Below are positions 63,901 to 64,000 of a stretch of 64,000 nucleotides of DNA, piece by piece. The notes below the pieces were generated by a model. It searched no databases. It was not told where the DNA came from and was given only the letters and a program-made list of their open reading frames with translations. The position numbers were made by a program, and so were the translations under genes. The stretch's first letter is position 1; every line of letters starts with the position of its first letter. Origin of the DNA: Antedon mediterranea (Eukaryota > Animalia > Echinodermata); NCBI RefSeq assembly GCF_964355755.1, contig NC_092677.1, forward strand, positions 17,320,101 to 17,384,100, in the 5' to 3' direction.

Positions 63901-64000
63901 CTGTAACTAACAGGAAAGTGATGACATTTTGATTAGGCTCTCTAAGGACGGTCCCACATGAGGAAATGTTTTACGGCCTTGTCCATTGTGGTACGCAGGT

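Noticed and set aside
48362-64000. Further syntrophin exons
   Set aside because: No segment encoding the expected continuation after the PDZ domain was recognised; exon 2 is probably beyond the window, though a short exon could have been missed.

Overview
AT-rich, intron-containing animal (invertebrate, possibly echinoderm-like; inferred only from composition and repeat types) genomic DNA, not prokaryotic. Five spliced genes can be assembled with GT-AG junctions and consistent phases: (1) a minus-strand 218-aa single-pass, PPxY-motif proline-rich membrane adaptor (CDS 6629->3119); (2) TMEM208 (8323-10757, 170 aa); (3) a TENT4/PAPD5-7/Trf4-type non-canonical poly(A) polymerase (12938-35487, 10 exons, 776 aa) whose nucleotide-recognition loop is atypical; (4) mitochondrial malonyl-CoA:ACP transacylase MCAT (47188->43906, 460 aa); (5) exon 1 of a syntrophin (47887-48361) followed by at least 15 kb of intron. 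Introns hold many DNA-transposon derivatives with readable TIRs and TSDs (three CAG-ended elements with 6-bp TSDs, one with a 5-bp TSD, two 9-bp-TSD elements stacked at one site, pogo, Harbinger, Academ, ISL2EU-like, piggyBac-like), a 5'-truncated Rex1/Babar-type LINE with an intact ORF nested in one of them, SINE remnants and several minisatellites. The most unusual signals are a window-wide excess of TA-NNN-TA motifs that look like transposon excision footprints (with internal paralog evidence), the 6-bp-TSD family, same-site tandem insertion, the altered TENT4 nucleotide-recognition motif, and a frame-preserving Asn/Ser/Gly repeat downstream of TENT4.
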